Positions 9,068 to 20,267 are shown, numbered from the stretch's first letter. The stretch is 46,048 nt of DNA from an uncultured Plesiomonas sp. (GCA_947071955.1 CAMTGL010000001.1:1-46048), one strand, 5' to 3'. Notes: generated by a model from the sequence alone, not told the origin. Program-made: numbers and translations.

Positions 9068-11893
9068 ATGGCTGAGATTGCACCCAATCCGTTGATCCTC
9101 GTGGATGGATCATCTTACCTCTACCGTGCCTACCATGCTTTTCCACCGCTGACCAATGCACACGGAGAGCCGACCGGTGCAATGTACGGTGTGCTGAATA
9201 TGCTGAAAAGCCTATTAAATCAGTATGCTCCCAGCCAGATGGCGGTGGTGTTTGATGCCAAGGGCAAAACCTTCCGTGATGAGATGTTTGCCGAATACAA
9301 GGCACACCGCCCGCCGATGCCCGATGATCTGCGCAGCCAGATAGCGCCGCTGCACGAAATGGTGCAGGCGATGGGGTTGCCGTTGCTGGTGATCAGCGGA
9401 GTAGAAGCGGATGATGTGATAGGTACGCTGGCGACTCAGGCAGCCGCCGACGGTCGTGATGTGCTGATCAGCACCGGTGATAAAGACATGGCGCAGCTGG
9501 TGAACCCGCGGATCACCTTGATTAACACCATGAACAACACGGTGTTAGGCCCGCAGGAAGTGCAAGAGAAATACGGTGTTGGCCCCGAGCTGATTATCGA
9601 TTTTCTCGCACTGATGGGGGACTCTTCCGATAATATTCCGGGTGTTCCAGGCGTGGGTGAAAAGACCGCGCTGGCGCTATTAAACGGTATCGGCAGTATT
9701 AAGCAGATTTATACCCAGCTTGACGCTATTCCCGCGCTCGGTTTTCGTGGGGCAAAAACCCTGCCAGCAAAACTGGAGTTGCACAAAGCCAATGCTGATC
9801 TTTCGTACGCATTGGCAACAATCAAAACCGATGTGCCATTAGAGCAAGATCATCTGTCGCTCGATATTCAGCCTGCCGATACCGACAGCCTGATCCGCCT
9901 GTTTGGCCGTTTTGAATTTAAACGCTGGTTGGCCGATTTACTTGACGGTAAAGATATCAGCGCGCCGGTACCGCTGGCGGCGGCTCGCCGTACCGGAACA
10001 GGCTCAGGCAGTGAAAGCAGCACCCCCTCAGCATCACAAGCGGCGGTGACAGAAGCAAAGATCACGGCGGTGAGTGTTGATCACAGTGCGTATGACACCA
10101 TTCTGACACAGGCGCAGCTTGATCTGTGGTTACAAAAACTGCAAGCGGCCGATCTGTTTGCCTTTGATACCGAAACCGACGGGCTAGACTATATGACGGC
10201 CAATCTGGTCGGTGTCTCTTTTGCCTGTGCAGCAGGTGAAGCGGCCTATCTGCCACTGGCCCATGACTACTTGGATGCCCCCGATCAGCTTGATCTAACC
10301 GCGGTGCTGGCACAGCTCAAGCCGCTACTGGAAGATGCGCAGCGGCAGAAAGTGGGGCAAAACCTGAAGTTTGATCAGAGCATTTTGGCGCGTTACGGCA
10401 TTGAACTGCGCGGTATCGCCTATGACACTATGCTTGAATCTTATGTGCTCAACAGCGTCGCCGGTCGCCATGATATGGATAGCCTTGCCGAACGCCATCT
10501 GGCGCACCAGACCATCAGCTTTGAAGAGGTGGCCGGTAAGGGGAAAAATCAGTTAACCTTCAACCAAATTGCCCTTGAACAGGCCGCGCCGTATGCCGCG
10601 GAAGATGCCGATATCACCTTGCGTTTGCATCAGGCACTGTGGCCACAGCTACAGGCCCAGCCGAGTCTGGAAAAAGTTTTTCGTGAGATAGAGATCCCGC
10701 TCGTGCCGGTATTGTCACGCATTGAGCGCACTGGCGTATTAATTGAGCCGATGCTGCTCAATCAGCAGTCATCTGAATTGGCGCAGCGTTTGGCTGAGCT
10801 CGAAACCGAGGCTCATACACTGGCGGGTGAGTCATTTAATCTGGCATCACCCAAGCAATTACAGGCAATTTTGTTCGATAAACTCGGTTTACCGGTTCTG
10901 AAAAAAACACCCGGCGGCGCACCATCCACCAATGAAGAGGTGTTGGCTGAACTGGCGCTTGATTACCCGTTACCGGCAATTTTGCTTGAGTACCGTGGAA
11001 TGGCAAAGCTCAAATCAACCTATACCGATAAACTGCCGCAAATGATCAATCCGCAGACTGGCCGTTTGCACACCTCGTACCATCAGGCGGTAACTGCGAC
11101 TGGCCGCTTATCCTCAACTGATCCGAATCTGCAAAATATTCCAGTACGCAATGAGGCCGGCCGCCGTATCAGACAGGCGTTTATCGCCGATACCGGTAGT
11201 AAAATTGTGGCGGCTGACTACTCACAGATAGAGCTGCGGATCATGGCGCACTTGTCTGGCGATCAGGGACTGCTGAAGGCCTTCAGTGAAGGTGTGGATA
11301 TTCATCGAGCTACTGCTGCGGAGGTTTTTGGGCTGGATCGCGACAAGGTCAGTGCTGATCAGCGTCGCAGTGCCAAAGCCATTAACTTTGGCCTGATCTA
11401 CGGTATGAGTGCCTTTGGTCTGGCGCGTCAGCTCGGTATTGGCCGTAATGAAGCCCAGCGTTATATGGATCTCTATTTCGAGCGTTATCCCGGCGTGCTT
11501 GATTATATGGAGAGCACCCGCACACAGGCCACGGCACAGGGATATGTCGAAACCCTGTTTGGTCGCCGTTTGCAGTTGCCGGATATTAATGCGCGTAACG
11601 GTATTCGCCGTAAGGCTGCAGAGCGGGCGGCAATCAATGCCCCTATGCAGGGCACGGCGGCTGATATCATCAAAAAAGCGATGCTGGCCGTTGATCAGTG
11701 GTTGCGTGAAACCCCTGAGCTGGGTGTTCGCCTGCTGATGCAAGTACACGATGAACTGGTGTTTGAAATTCCACAGCAGCATGTTGAGCACTGTACCCTA
11801 CAGATCAAACAGATTATGGAGCAGTGTGCCACCCTGAATGTTCCGCTGGTGGTTGATGTTGGTGTGGGGGATAACTGGGATCAGGCTCATTGA
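9068..11893 (+). CDS. polA: DNA polymerase I
   Basis: 5'-3' exonuclease ([25 protein letters not shown]), 3'-5' exonuclease (FDTET), polymerase motifs [24 protein letters not shown]. Confidence 0.99.
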   Translation: MAEIAPNPLILVDGSSYLYRAYHAFPPLTNAHGEPTGAMYGVLNMLKSLLNQYAPSQMAVVFDAKGKTFRDEMFAEYKAHRPPMPDDLRSQIAPLHEMVQAMGLPLLVISGVEADDVIGTLATQAAADGRDVLISTGDKDMAQLVNPRITLINTMNNTVLGPQEVQEKYGVGPELIIDFLALMGDSSDNIPGVPGVGEKTALALLNGIGSIKQIYTQLDAIPALGFRGAKTLPAKLELHKANADLSYALATIKTDVPLEQDHLSLDIQPADTDSLIRLFGRFEFKRWLADLLDGKDISAPVPLAAARRTGTGSGSESSTPSASQAAVTEAKITAVSVDHSAYDTILTQAQLDLWLQKLQAADLFAFDTETDGLDYMTANLVGVSFACAAGEAAYLPLAHDYLDAPDQLDLTAVLAQLKPLLEDAQRQKVGQNLKFDQSILARYGIELRGIAYDTMLESYVLNSVAGRHDMDSLAERHLAHQTISFEEVAGKGKNQLTFNQIALEQAAPYAAEDADITLRLHQALWPQLQAQPSLEKVFREIEIPLVPVLSRIERTGVLIEPMLLNQQSSELAQRLAELETEAHTLAGESFNLASPKQLQAILFDKLGLPVLKKTPGGAPSTNEEVLAELALDYPLPAILLEYRGMAKLKSTYTDKLPQMINPQTGRLHTSYHQAVTATGRLSSTDPNLQNIPVRNEAGRRIRQAFIADTGSKIVAADYSQIELRIMAHLSGDQGLLKAFSEGVDIHRATAAEVFGLDRDKVSADQRRSAKAINFGLIYGMSAFGLARQLGIGRNEAQRYMDLYFERYPGVLDYMESTRTQATAQGYVETLFGRRLQLPDINARNGIRRKAAERAAINAPMQGTAADIIKKAMLAVDQWLRETPELGVRLLMQVHDELVFEIPQQHVEHCTLQIKQIMEQCATLNVPLVVDVGVGDNWDQAH

Positions 11894-12128
11894 GTGCGTC
11901 ACCGTGGCATAAGTGTCTACCCCGAGCCTGCATTGTGGTCTGGTGATAACGCCATGTACAACAAAGCAACCGGCGGTAGTAAAAATGCGTGCGGTGATAA
12001 AGTAATTTCATAGTGAAAAATAACTTTCTGATTAATGTTATTTTTTGTGATGAAGTGCAACAAAAAAGTGAAAGTAAACTACAGAAAGCCCTTTACCTGC
12101 GTCGCTGAATTGCTGTAAAGTTTACTAC

Positions 12129-12236
12129 GTAGGGTACAGAGGTAAGATGTTCTATCTTTCAGACCTTTTACTTCACGTAATCGGATTTGGCTGAATTTTT
12201 AGCCGCCCCAGTCGTTATGACTGGGGCGTTCTTTTA
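12129..12236 (+). ncRNA. spf: Spot 42 sRNA
   Basis: GTAGGGTACAGAGGTAAGATGTTCTATCTTTCAGACCTTTTACTTCACGTAATCGGATTTGGCTGAAT...CGCCCCAGTC..GACTGGGGCG; canonical position after polA; -10 TAAAGT 12116-12121; TGTGA CRP half-site at 12046. Confidence 0.98.
12147..12194 (+). CDS. Small peptide encoded within Spot 42 (SpfP-like, 15 aa)
   Basis: Translates MFYLSDLLLHVIGFG*, matching the small ORF known in E. coli Spot 42; GAGG upstream. Confidence 0.6.
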   Translation: MFYLSDLLLHVIGFG

Positions 12237-12446
12237 TCCGGAATTCCCCCAAAATAACGCGCTGCTTTTTTCCTTTATCTTTCTCTCTTTGTACGGCTTT
12301 CGTTTTATTCCCGCATTTATTGCTTGAGCTGATGCTTCAGCTAACGTTACTTGTTTACCGCTTTCTGCCCTGCTATTGGTTTTGACCACTTTTTTTGCGA
12401 GTTTTTACCTTAACTTACTCTTTTAAAAGATAAATAATGACAACAG

Positions 12447-12462
12447 TGCGATGTAGCTCACT
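12447..12462. promoter_or_regulatory. CRP-like site
   Basis: TGCGA-TGTAGC-TCACT; centred about 71.5 bp upstream of the start predicted from TATAAT at 12514-12519. Confidence 0.5.
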
Positions 12463-12525
12463 GATTTGCCGATTTAAATTAGAGTAATTACTTTAATTTA
12501 AGGAAAGAGTCGATATAATGAGCAG

Positions 12526-12631
12526 GCTCTTCTTATTTATCTTAATTGTGCTGTGTTTACCTTGGTTGTATGCAGGGAAAACAGACAATGACTCTACTGT
12601 ATTTTCAGGCCAGCGTTTGCTGGCTTTTTTT
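12526..12631 (+). ncRNA. Candidate sRNA 1 downstream of spf
   Basis: TATAAT at 12514, CRP-like site, orphan terminator GCCAGC-GTTT-GCTGGC-T7 (12609-12631) with no convincing CDS ending before it. Confidence 0.45.
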
Positions 12632-12892
12632 ATGGTTTTTCTGCCATTAACGGTGCCTGCGGTCTGTGTTTGTCGTTATTACTGCACGGTTTTTTCTTGT
12701 TGTTCTTGCCTAAACCGTTATGCAGTAACGGGCATACATATTGTTATAAAAAAACAGCATTGTCTGACTTATTTATTTCTGCGAAACTAAATATTGATGA
12801 CAAAGTGAAATGTTAATGCGGGGTTATCTGATAACCCATTGAGCCGATTAAAATTAAAACCTTAGAGCCAGCTCAACTTGTATGATGTAGTG

Positions 12893-13009
12893 CTTAATCT
12901 TGCATAAATATCTTGCGAAACCACGCAGGATCGAAGATCCTAAAACCATAATGATAAAAATCTCCTATTTCTCTCCCGTTGCCCCATCGTACGATGGGGA
13001 CTTTGTTTT
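12893..13009 (+). ncRNA. Candidate sRNA 2 upstream of yihI
   Basis: TATGAT at 12881-12886; CU-rich tract TCTCCTATTTCTCTCCC; perfect palindrome CCCCATCGTACGATGGGG (12982-12999) then ACTTTGTTTT. Confidence 0.35.
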
Positions 13010-13386
13010 CCCCGCCATGAATCTCTGCACATATTTTTCTGCATGTGTTTGCACACTTTTCCTACCAACTTTTTCGTCAATCAGCCCTGAGATCTCTACA
13101 GTATGTTTGGCACAAAAGAGCGGCATAGACGGTGGTATCGCAATACGTGATACAGCATAGCGCCACAAGATATGGTCACACTGATAGTTTCTCGGGTGCG
13201 CTATACTGGTTGGAAAACCGGTTTTTTGGCGGCTAAATGTACTGTAGAGCCGATATCAGGGTGTGAAGCGGCACGATTTTCCCGCTTTTTATTCATTTGC
13301 AGCGCCGAAAGCCTAGAATGTTCTATTTCTGAACGTAAACACTGGCATAATATGGCCTACTGATCCCGCATCACAATGGTGTTGAT

Positions 13387-13947
13387 ATGACCCGCGAAAA
13401 GAAAACCCGTAAAGCGCCGGGTGGCGTTAAACTTGATCCATCAAAGCCGAAAAAAAGCCGTGCCGAACTTGATCAAATGTCACGTGATCAAAAGCGGCTG
13501 AAAAAGCGTAAAGGCCTTAACTCAGGCACGCGCCAAAATCCGGAAGGTTCTTCACGTAAGACTGATAGCCGTGCGGATAAAGACCCGCGTATCGGCAGTA
13601 AAAAACCGGTGCCACTGATGGTTGAATTTGTAAACCGTCAGCCGAAAAAAGCAGCCGTTGTTAAGCCGGTAGAAAAAGAGGCACTTGCCCCAGAACTTGA
13701 ACTGGCACAACTGGAAGCGGATGAGCGTCTGCACCTGCTGTTAGATCGTGTTGATGGCGGTGAAAGTGTCAGCGAAGAAGAGCAAAACTACATCGACAGC
13801 AGCCTTGATCGTGTTGACGAACTGATGCAACTGCTCGGCTTGTCTGATGAAGAAGAGGAAGAGTCTGAAACGCCTGCACCGGTAAAAAGCAGTGATCCGG
13901 AAGATTTGTGGGAGCGTTTTAACAACAGTGATCCGAAGTCATTCTGA
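13387..13947 (+). CDS. yihI: Der GTPase-activating protein YihI
   Basis: Basic N-terminus, KDPRIGSKKPVPL motif, PELELAQLEADERL..LLDR, acidic C-terminus. Confidence 0.93.
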   Translation: MTREKKTRKAPGGVKLDPSKPKKSRAELDQMSRDQKRLKKRKGLNSGTRQNPEGSSRKTDSRADKDPRIGSKKPVPLMVEFVNRQPKKAAVVKPVEKEALAPELELAQLEADERLHLLLDRVDGGESVSEEEQNYIDSSLDRVDELMQLLGLSDEEEEESETPAPVKSSDPEDLWERFNNSDPKSF

Positions 13948-14405
13948 TGCTGTGGCAACAGGGATTAGTATTGGCAGCAGTGATGATACTGCTGCCATTA
14001 GCCTTATACGCAGGTTGGTTACTGGGCAAACTGTGGCAACAGCGGCAGGCACAGCACCATCGGCAACAGCAACGTAACCAGACACTGGTCGACAGCATTC
14101 AGACCATCGCACAGGCCATGCAGTCTGGGCAGTGTAATTTATCGGAAGGCGTGTTGCGCCTGCACCCTCTGCTTGAGGCAGTGAATCAGGCAGATACCCC
14201 GCAATTATCTACCCATTTTCCGGCAATGCAGGCTCTGTTTGAGGCTGTTGCTGCCATGCCAACACATGAAGCCCGCAAAAATTATAAACGCAATCAAATT
14301 ATGAAATGGGATCTGGAACGCGAGCTGGCGGAAAGCCGCCTGCAAACAGAGATCGAAGATGAGCTTCCTACTCTGCTTGCGTGGTGTTCTGCATTACCGA
14401 AATAA
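13947..14405 (+). CDS. DUF2489-like membrane-anchored protein
   Basis: N-terminal TM ending LALYAGWLL, then SIQTIAQAM..GQCNLSEG..R and MPTHEARK; TGATG coupling to yihI; position between yihI and hemN as in Vibrionaceae. Confidence 0.78.
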   Translation: MLWQQGLVLAAVMILLPLALYAGWLLGKLWQQRQAQHHRQQQRNQTLVDSIQTIAQAMQSGQCNLSEGVLRLHPLLEAVNQADTPQLSTHFPAMQALFEAVAAMPTHEARKNYKRNQIMKWDLERELAESRLQTEIEDELPTLLAWCSALPK

Positions 14406-14442
14406 AAGCAGTTTAAGCTGCGGTGAATTGGAAGGAATGAGC

Positions 14443-15825
14443 ATGTCTGTGATTGTGAATAACCCCACTGAGTGGGATCTGGCGTTAATCCAGAAGTATA
14501 ACTACTCTGGCCCACGCTATACGTCGTATCCTACGGCGCTTGAATTTCATGAAGGTTATCAAGAGAGCGATTTCAGGCAGGCGGTGGCCCGTTATCCTGA
14601 GCGCCCGTTATCACTGTATATCCACATTCCTTTTTGCCACAAGCTCTGCTATTTCTGCGGTTGTAATAAAGTGATCACCCGCCATGTGCACAAGGCCGAT
14701 CACTACCTTGATGTGCTGGAACAAGAGATCATTCAGCGCGCTGCCCTGTTTACTGACCGTCAGGTTTCCCAGATCCACTGGGGCGGCGGTACGCCGACCT
14801 TCCTAAGTAAAACACAAGTCAGCCGTTTGATTCACCTGCTGCGAACCCATTTTAATGTGCGTGCCGATGCTGAGATCAGCATTGAACTTGACCCGCGTGA
14901 AATTGAGCTAGATATGCTCGATCACCTGCGTGCTGAAGGCTTTAACCGCATGAGTATGGGGGTGCAGGATTTCAACAAAGAAGTTCAGCAGTTGGTTAAC
15001 CGCGAACAGGATGAAGATTTTATCTTTGCGCTGATTGCTCGAGCCCGCCAGCTTGGGTTTGCTTCAACCAATATTGACTTGATTTACGGATTGCCAAAAC
15101 AGACACCGGAAAGTTTTGCATTCACCTTGCAAAAGGTCATTGAATTAAACCCTGATCGCCTGAGCGTGTTTAATTATGCGCACCTGCCTTCACGTTTTCC
15201 GGCACAGCGTAAAATTCGTGATGAAGATTTGCCGGCACCGGCGCAGAAATTAGCCATCTTGCAAGAGACGATTGAAACGCTCTGTGGGGCTGGTTATCAG
15301 TTTATTGGTATGGATCACTTTGCTCGTCCGCAAGATGAGCTGGCTGTTGCCCAACGTCAGGGCCAGTTGCACCGTAATTTTCAGGGTTATACCACGCAGG
15401 CAGAGTGCGATCTGCTCGGTATGGGCGTATCAGCAATCAGCATGATTGGCGATCACTATGCACAAAATCAGCGTGAGCTTAAACACTACTATGCGCAGGT
15501 TACTGAGCAGGGAAATGCACTGAATAAAGGCCTGCGGATGAGCGATGAAGACTGCTTACGCCGTGATGTCATCAAAGCGCTAATCTGTAATTTCCAGCTT
15601 TCGTTTGCCGAGATAGAAGCGCAGTACCCGATTGATTTTAAACAGCACTTTGCAGAGGATTTGGCACTGCTTGCCCCGTTAGCCGCGGATGGATTAGTGA
15701 CGTTGAGCGATGAGGGGATCACTGTGATGCCGCGCGGTCATCTGCTGATCCGCAATATCTGTATGTGTTTTGATACCTATTTGCGTCAACAAGCGCGTCG
15801 TCAGCAGTTCTCGCGGGTGATTTAA
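14443..15825 (+). CDS. hemN: Oxygen-independent coproporphyrinogen III oxidase (radical SAM)
   Basis: GPRYTSYPTA, YIHIPFCHKLCYFCGC, HWGGGTPT, GMDHFA; start at 14443 after AAGGA. Confidence 0.97.
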   Translation: MSVIVNNPTEWDLALIQKYNYSGPRYTSYPTALEFHEGYQESDFRQAVARYPERPLSLYIHIPFCHKLCYFCGCNKVITRHVHKADHYLDVLEQEIIQRAALFTDRQVSQIHWGGGTPTFLSKTQVSRLIHLLRTHFNVRADAEISIELDPREIELDMLDHLRAEGFNRMSMGVQDFNKEVQQLVNREQDEDFIFALIARARQLGFASTNIDLIYGLPKQTPESFAFTLQKVIELNPDRLSVFNYAHLPSRFPAQRKIRDEDLPAPAQKLAILQETIETLCGAGYQFIGMDHFARPQDELAVAQRQGQLHRNFQGYTTQAECDLLGMGVSAISMIGDHYAQNQRELKHYYAQVTEQGNALNKGLRMSDEDCLRRDVIKALICNFQLSFAEIEAQYPIDFKQHFAEDLALLAPLAADGLVTLSDEGITVMPRGHLLIRNICMCFDTYLRQQARRQQFSRVI

Positions 15826-15830
15826 CCGAT

Positions 15831-15873
15831 AAAAAAATGCCGCCGTGATGCACCTGCATCCGGCGGCATTTTT
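15831..15873. terminator. Bidirectional terminator between hemN and yihA
   Basis: AAAAAAATGCCGCCG...CGGCGGCATTTTT with A/T tails on both sides. Confidence 0.85.
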
Positions 15874-15909
15874 GCGTTATTTAACACCCAAAAAAAGCGC
15901 GCGTGAAGA

Positions 15910-16554
15910 TTACTCTTCGTCTGCTGCCGCTTGCTGTGCGTTCAACGCTTCAATTTCATGGGTAAACCAGGTATCAAGCTTAATACGCAGCAGATCAACA
16001 CCGAATTTTTTCAGTGATGAGAAAGCCTCCACCTGAATATCACCGCCAAAAGTAACAACGGCATCACGCACCATTTTTACTTGGTTTTTACGTGCGCCAC
16101 TGGCCAGCTTGTCGGCTTTAGTCAGTAGAATCAGTACGGGTAAACCGGCTTCAACAGCCCACATCACCATTTGCTGATCCAGATCTTTTAGGGGATGACG
16201 GATATCCATCAGCACCACCAGACCACGCAGACATTCACGTTTTTGCAGGTATTCACTCAGTGCCCGCTGCCACTTCAGCTTCATCTCTTCAGGCACTTGT
16301 GCATAGCCGTAACCGGGTAAATCGACTAAACGCGCTTGTTCGGCAACTTCGAACAAGTTGATCAGCTGGGTACGGCCTGGTGTTTTACTGGTACGAGCCA
16401 GACTTTTTTGATTGGTTAATGTATTTAGCGCGCTGGATTTTCCGGCGTTTGAGCGGCCCGCAAAGGCAACTTCAATTGCATTATCCATCGGAAGGTGACG
16501 GATATCCGGAGCACTGGTGACAAAATGTGTAACATGATAATTAAATTGAGCCAC
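15910..16554 (-). CDS. yihA: Ribosome biogenesis GTP-binding protein YihA/YsxC (EngB)
   Basis: [28 protein letters not shown]-motifs; GTG start with GGAG RBS. Confidence 0.96.
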   Translation of the reverse strand: MAQFNYHVTHFVTSAPDIRHLPMDNAIEVAFAGRSNAGKSSALNTLTNQKSLARTSKTPGRTQLINLFEVAEQARLVDLPGYGYAQVPEEMKLKWQRALSEYLQKRECLRGLVVLMDIRHPLKDLDQQMVMWAVEAGLPVLILLTKADKLASGARKNQVKMVRDAVVTFGGDIQVEAFSSLKKFGVDLLRIKLDTWFTHEIEALNAQQAAADEE

Positions 16555-16724
16555 GGAACGATCTCCACCCTAGTCAAATGTGGTGCACTGATTTCTTTTA
16601 TGTGAAAATGTGTAAAATATCTGTTGTAATAATTCAGGGGCTAGCGTGAAATCATCCCCTTACTGTAACGGACAGGATTATCCGTTATCGGCATAACAAC
16701 AATCATATAGCTAAATGGAACGCC

Positions 16725-17351
16725 ATGAAAAAATTTGCGCTCGTGATGTCAATGATGCTGGGTGTTAGCGGTATGGCGCAGGCACAGGGAGATGCGGAAG
16801 CGGGTAAAAAAATTGCTTCTGCGGTTTGTGTTGCTTGCCACAATGCCGATGGGAATAGCACCATCCCTGCCAATCCTAAATTGGCCGGACAACATAACAA
16901 ATATCTGCTCAAGCAGCTAAAAGAATTCCAGCTAGCTGCGCATACCAATGGCCAGCAGGGGCGTGCTAACCCCATTATGCAGGGGCAAGTTGCCACGTTC
17001 TCAGAGCAAGATCTGGAAAATCTGGCTGCATGGTTCTCGCAGCAGACCTCTGCACCGGCTTATACCCGTAAAGACAGCGTAGAACTCGGTAAGCAGCTGT
17101 ATATGGCAGGTGATAAACAACGCGGCATTCCGGCGTGCGTTGCCTGCCATGGTCCGCGTGGTAATGGTACCGATCTTTCGGGTTTCCCGAAAATATCGGG
17201 CCAACATGCTGATTACATTATCGCACAACTTAACGCGTTTCGTGCCGGACAGCGGCAAAATGACCCAAATAGCATGATGCGTCAAATTGCAGCATCACTG
17301 ACAGACAAAGAGATCAGTGCATTAGCCGGTTATTTAGGCGGTTTACACTGA
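16725..17351 (+). CDS. Periplasmic di-heme cytochrome c4
   Basis: Signal peptide; two CVACH heme motifs; PKLAGQH and PKISGQH; divergent from yihA as in Vibrio/Pseudomonas. Confidence 0.92.
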   Translation: MKKFALVMSMMLGVSGMAQAQGDAEAGKKIASAVCVACHNADGNSTIPANPKLAGQHNKYLLKQLKEFQLAAHTNGQQGRANPIMQGQVATFSEQDLENLAAWFSQQTSAPAYTRKDSVELGKQLYMAGDKQRGIPACVACHGPRGNGTDLSGFPKISGQHADYIIAQLNAFRAGQRQNDPNSMMRQIAASLTDKEISALAGYLGGLH

Positions 17352-17379
17352 GTTTTTTGGCGAGATACTCGGTAGCACG

Positions 17380-17399
17380 GTGGCCTGTTTACAGGCCAC
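17380..17399. terminator. Hairpin between cytochrome c4 gene and add
   Basis: GTGGCCTGT-TT-ACAGGCCAC perfect inverted repeat; weak U-tract. Confidence 0.45.
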
Positions 17400-17503
17400 A
17401 CAGTGAGTATATTGATGCGTAGAGTGATGACATCCCAGCGTAATAATTTGCACTCTTGCTCATATTTAAAGGCAGGAATACGTAAAGCACGCATTTAAAG
17501 CCA

Positions 17504-18511
17504 TTACATGCTGCGTGCGCGTGCGCTGGCACGCAATGCCGCTTTATCCCCTGCGCTTAAAAAGGCTTGTGTCATGCCGTTCTCTTGCGCTTGGCGGATT
17601 TGTGCCGGTGAAAGGCCTGCTGCCGGTGCAGCTACATTGTATTCATGGCGAATTTCAATGCCCTCAACGGCCGGATCATCGGTATTTATGCTGGCCAAAA
17701 TACCGTGCTCTAAAAATACCTTCAGCGGGTGTGCGCTGAGTGCACTGACGGTAGTGGTTTGTACGTTGGAGGTCAGCGCCGACTCAATACCAATTTGGTG
17801 TTCGGCCAGATAATCCATCAGACGCGGATCTTCAATGGCTTTTACCCCGTGCCCGATACGCTCGGCACCGAGTTCATGAATCGCCTGCCACATACTGGCT
17901 GCACCAGCGGCTTCACCGGCATGCACGGTGACGTGTAATCCCGCATCGCGTACTTGACGAAAATGTGGAATAAACAGCTCACCGGGCTGGCCAAGCTCAT
18001 CACCAGCCAGATCAATGGCAACCAGATCTTGATGACAAGCCAGCAAAGCGCCCAGCTCCTGCTGGCAGGCTACCGTGCCAAATGTGCGGCTTAAAATACC
18101 GATTAAATTAGCTTGTACGGTAAAATCTTTACGGCCAAGTGCAATACCATCGGCCACGGCCTCAACCACCCCTTGCAGCGGCAGATTGTGCTTCATCGCC
18201 ATGTAATACGGTGAAAAACGCAGCTCGGTGTAGTCTAATCCGGCATTGTCGGCATCTTGCATATTTTCATAGGCCACACGGCGGCAGGCATCCAGATCGG
18301 CAAGCACTGCAACACCCCAATCAAGTTTTTGCAGGAAGCTAACCAGCGTTGGGGCATTATCGGTAATTCTGACATGGGGTAACAGCGCACTGAGGTTGTC
18401 TGCGGGTAGCGCGATACCGTGCTGCTGACCTAATGCCAAGATAGTTTCAGGGCGGATATTGCCATCAAGGTGGCGGTGTAAATCGGTCAACGGTAAATCA
18501 CGTGCGATCAT
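17504..18511 (-). CDS. add: Adenosine deaminase
   Basis: [35 protein letters not shown]; start set at ATG 18511 ([12 protein letters not shown]). Confidence 0.95.
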   Translation of the reverse strand: MIARDLPLTDLHRHLDGNIRPETILALGQQHGIALPADNLSALLPHVRITDNAPTLVSFLQKLDWGVAVLADLDACRRVAYENMQDADNAGLDYTELRFSPYYMAMKHNLPLQGVVEAVADGIALGRKDFTVQANLIGILSRTFGTVACQQELGALLACHQDLVAIDLAGDELGQPGELFIPHFRQVRDAGLHVTVHAGEAAGAASMWQAIHELGAERIGHGVKAIEDPRLMDYLAEHQIGIESALTSNVQTTTVSALSAHPLKVFLEHGILASINTDDPAVEGIEIRHEYNVAAPAAGLSPAQIRQAQENGMTQAFLSAGDKAALRASARARSM

Positions 18512-18542
18512 GCTGCATTCCCCCATAATAATATGGTCTGAG

Positions 18543-18605
18543 AGTATAGGCATCGGGCTGTAAATCACCTAGTTTTGTTGCTTTTTTTATGTGACAAAAA
18601 TCACA
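18543..18605 (-). promoter_or_regulatory. add promoter with perfect CRP site at about -61.5
   Basis: TGTGA-CAAAAA-TCACA (18590-18605); minus-strand -10 TATACT at 18543-18548 gives class I spacing. Confidence 0.75.
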
Positions 18606-18808
18606 TCAAGATACAAATGCACACCATTGTTTTTATTTTGTACTCTCTTGTGCCGATATCCCACAGCATTGCGCTACCCATCACAAGCAAAATCCTTTTT
18701 GGGGATAGAGCGCATAGCCTGCCACGGTACTGCTTATTTATCTTATTTTGTTCAGTTTTAGGCAGAACAAGCGTGTTTGCATGGCTGTCCGCTGTAGCCG
18801 ATATCGCG

Positions 18809-20233
18809 TCAGTAATCGGAATCGAGATCAAACTCTTTGAGCTTACGGGTCAGTGTATTCCGTCCCCACCCGAGCAGGCGCGCAGCTTCCTGCTTATGCC
18901 CTTGGGTATGTTGTAATGCCGTTTGCAGCAAGGTGCGTTCAAACTCAGGCTGCGCGTTGGTAAGCAGTGCCTGCTCGCCTTGTTGCAGGCGTTGCATGGC
19001 CCAGTGTTGCAGTTGTTGTTGCCACTCAATCGCATGGCCAGATGCTTGTGGATCAGCGGCTGGTGTGCGCAACTCCTCAGGTAAATCTGCCAGTAAAATC
19101 TCTTTCCCAGCAGCCATGACAGTCAGCCCACGGCAGATATTTTCCAATTGGCGGACATTGCCCGGCCAGTGAAATGCGCGCATGATTTGCAGTGCAGCCG
19201 GATGCAGTGTTTTTACCTCTACGCCCAACTCACGGGCAGCAAGCTGCAAAAAATGTTGTGTTAATACCGCAATATCTTGCATGCGCTCACGCAGGGCCGG
19301 TAGCAAAACTTTAATCACATTCAGGCGGTGGTACAGATCTTCGCGAAATAGCCCCTGCCGTACATGCCGTTCTAGATTTTGGTGGGTAGCGGCAATAATT
19401 CGTACATCAACGTTAACTGCCTGATGCCCACCAACGCGGTAAAACTGCCCTTCGGCTAGAACGCGCAACAGACGGGTTTGTACATCAACGGGCATGTCAC
19501 CTATCTCATCTAAAAACAGTGTGCCGCCATTGGCCTGCTCAAAACGCCCCTGCCGCACCGTATTAGCACCGGTAAATGCCCCTTTTTCATGACCGAACAG
19601 CTCTGACTCAATCAAATCTTTGGGGATGGCTGCCATGTTGAGGGCAATGAAGGGGGCGCCAGCACGTGGGCTATGTCGGTGCAGAGCGTGGGCAATCAGC
19701 TCTTTGCCGGTACCTGACTCCCCATTAATCAGCACGCTGATAGAGGAGCGCGATAGCCTGCCAATGGCCCGAAAGACCTCCTGCATGGCAGGGGCCTCAC
19801 CAATAATTGCGGGGCTGTGTGCATCAGGTGTCGGGGCTATATCGGGTTGTGTCCGGCGCAGTTCGTGGCTGTGTAAAATGGCTCGTTCGGCTAAATTGAC
19901 GGCATCATCAATATCAAAAGGTTTGGGTAGATAGTCAAATGCACCGCGTTGATAGGCGCTGACCGCCGCATCTAAATCAGAATGTGCCGTCATAATGATG
20001 ACCGGCAGATCAGGATGCTGCGTGTGCAGTTGACTAAGCAGTGTCAGACCATCGATCCCCGGCATCCGAATGTCTGAGATCAGCACATCCGGGCGGCGGG
20101 TAGTGAGAGCGTTCAGCACTTTCTGCGCATCATCGAAGGTTTCACAGCTGATCCCACTGCCTGAGAGCGCTTTATCCAACACCCAGCGGATGGCACTGTC
20201 ATCATCTGCAACCCAGACTCGTCCTTTACTCAT
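18809..20233 (-). CDS. glnG: Nitrogen regulation protein NR(I), sigma54 activator NtrC
   Basis: Receiver domain (DDD, DIRMP), [23 protein letters not shown]-terminal HTH; ATG 20233 after GAGG. Confidence 0.97.
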   Translation of the reverse strand: MSKGRVWVADDDSAIRWVLDKALSGSGISCETFDDAQKVLNALTTRRPDVLISDIRMPGIDGLTLLSQLHTQHPDLPVIIMTAHSDLDAAVSAYQRGAFDYLPKPFDIDDAVNLAERAILHSHELRRTQPDIAPTPDAHSPAIIGEAPAMQEVFRAIGRLSRSSISVLINGESGTGKELIAHALHRHSPRAGAPFIALNMAAIPKDLIESELFGHEKGAFTGANTVRQGRFEQANGGTLFLDEIGDMPVDVQTRLLRVLAEGQFYRVGGHQAVNVDVRIIAATHQNLERHVRQGLFREDLYHRLNVIKVLLPALRERMQDIAVLTQHFLQLAARELGVEVKTLHPAALQIMRAFHWPGNVRQLENICRGLTVMAAGKEILLADLPEELRTPAADPQASGHAIEWQQQLQHWAMQRLQQGEQALLTNAQPEFERTLLQTALQHTQGHKQEAARLLGWGRNTLTRKLKEFDLDSDY

Positions 20234-20267
20234 GTTTTGCCTCATCAACCTAGCCTGAATTTACCGA

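Noticed and set aside
12518-12790. 90-aa hydrophobic ORF
   Set aside because: It runs through a strong intrinsic terminator at 12609-12631, the RBS is far from the ATG, and the Cys/Phe-rich tail looks like translated T-rich non-coding DNA. Not fully excluded.
12237-13386. CsrC/CsrB sRNA expected near yihI by E. coli synteny
   Set aside because: No series of repeated GGA hairpin motifs is seen on either strand.
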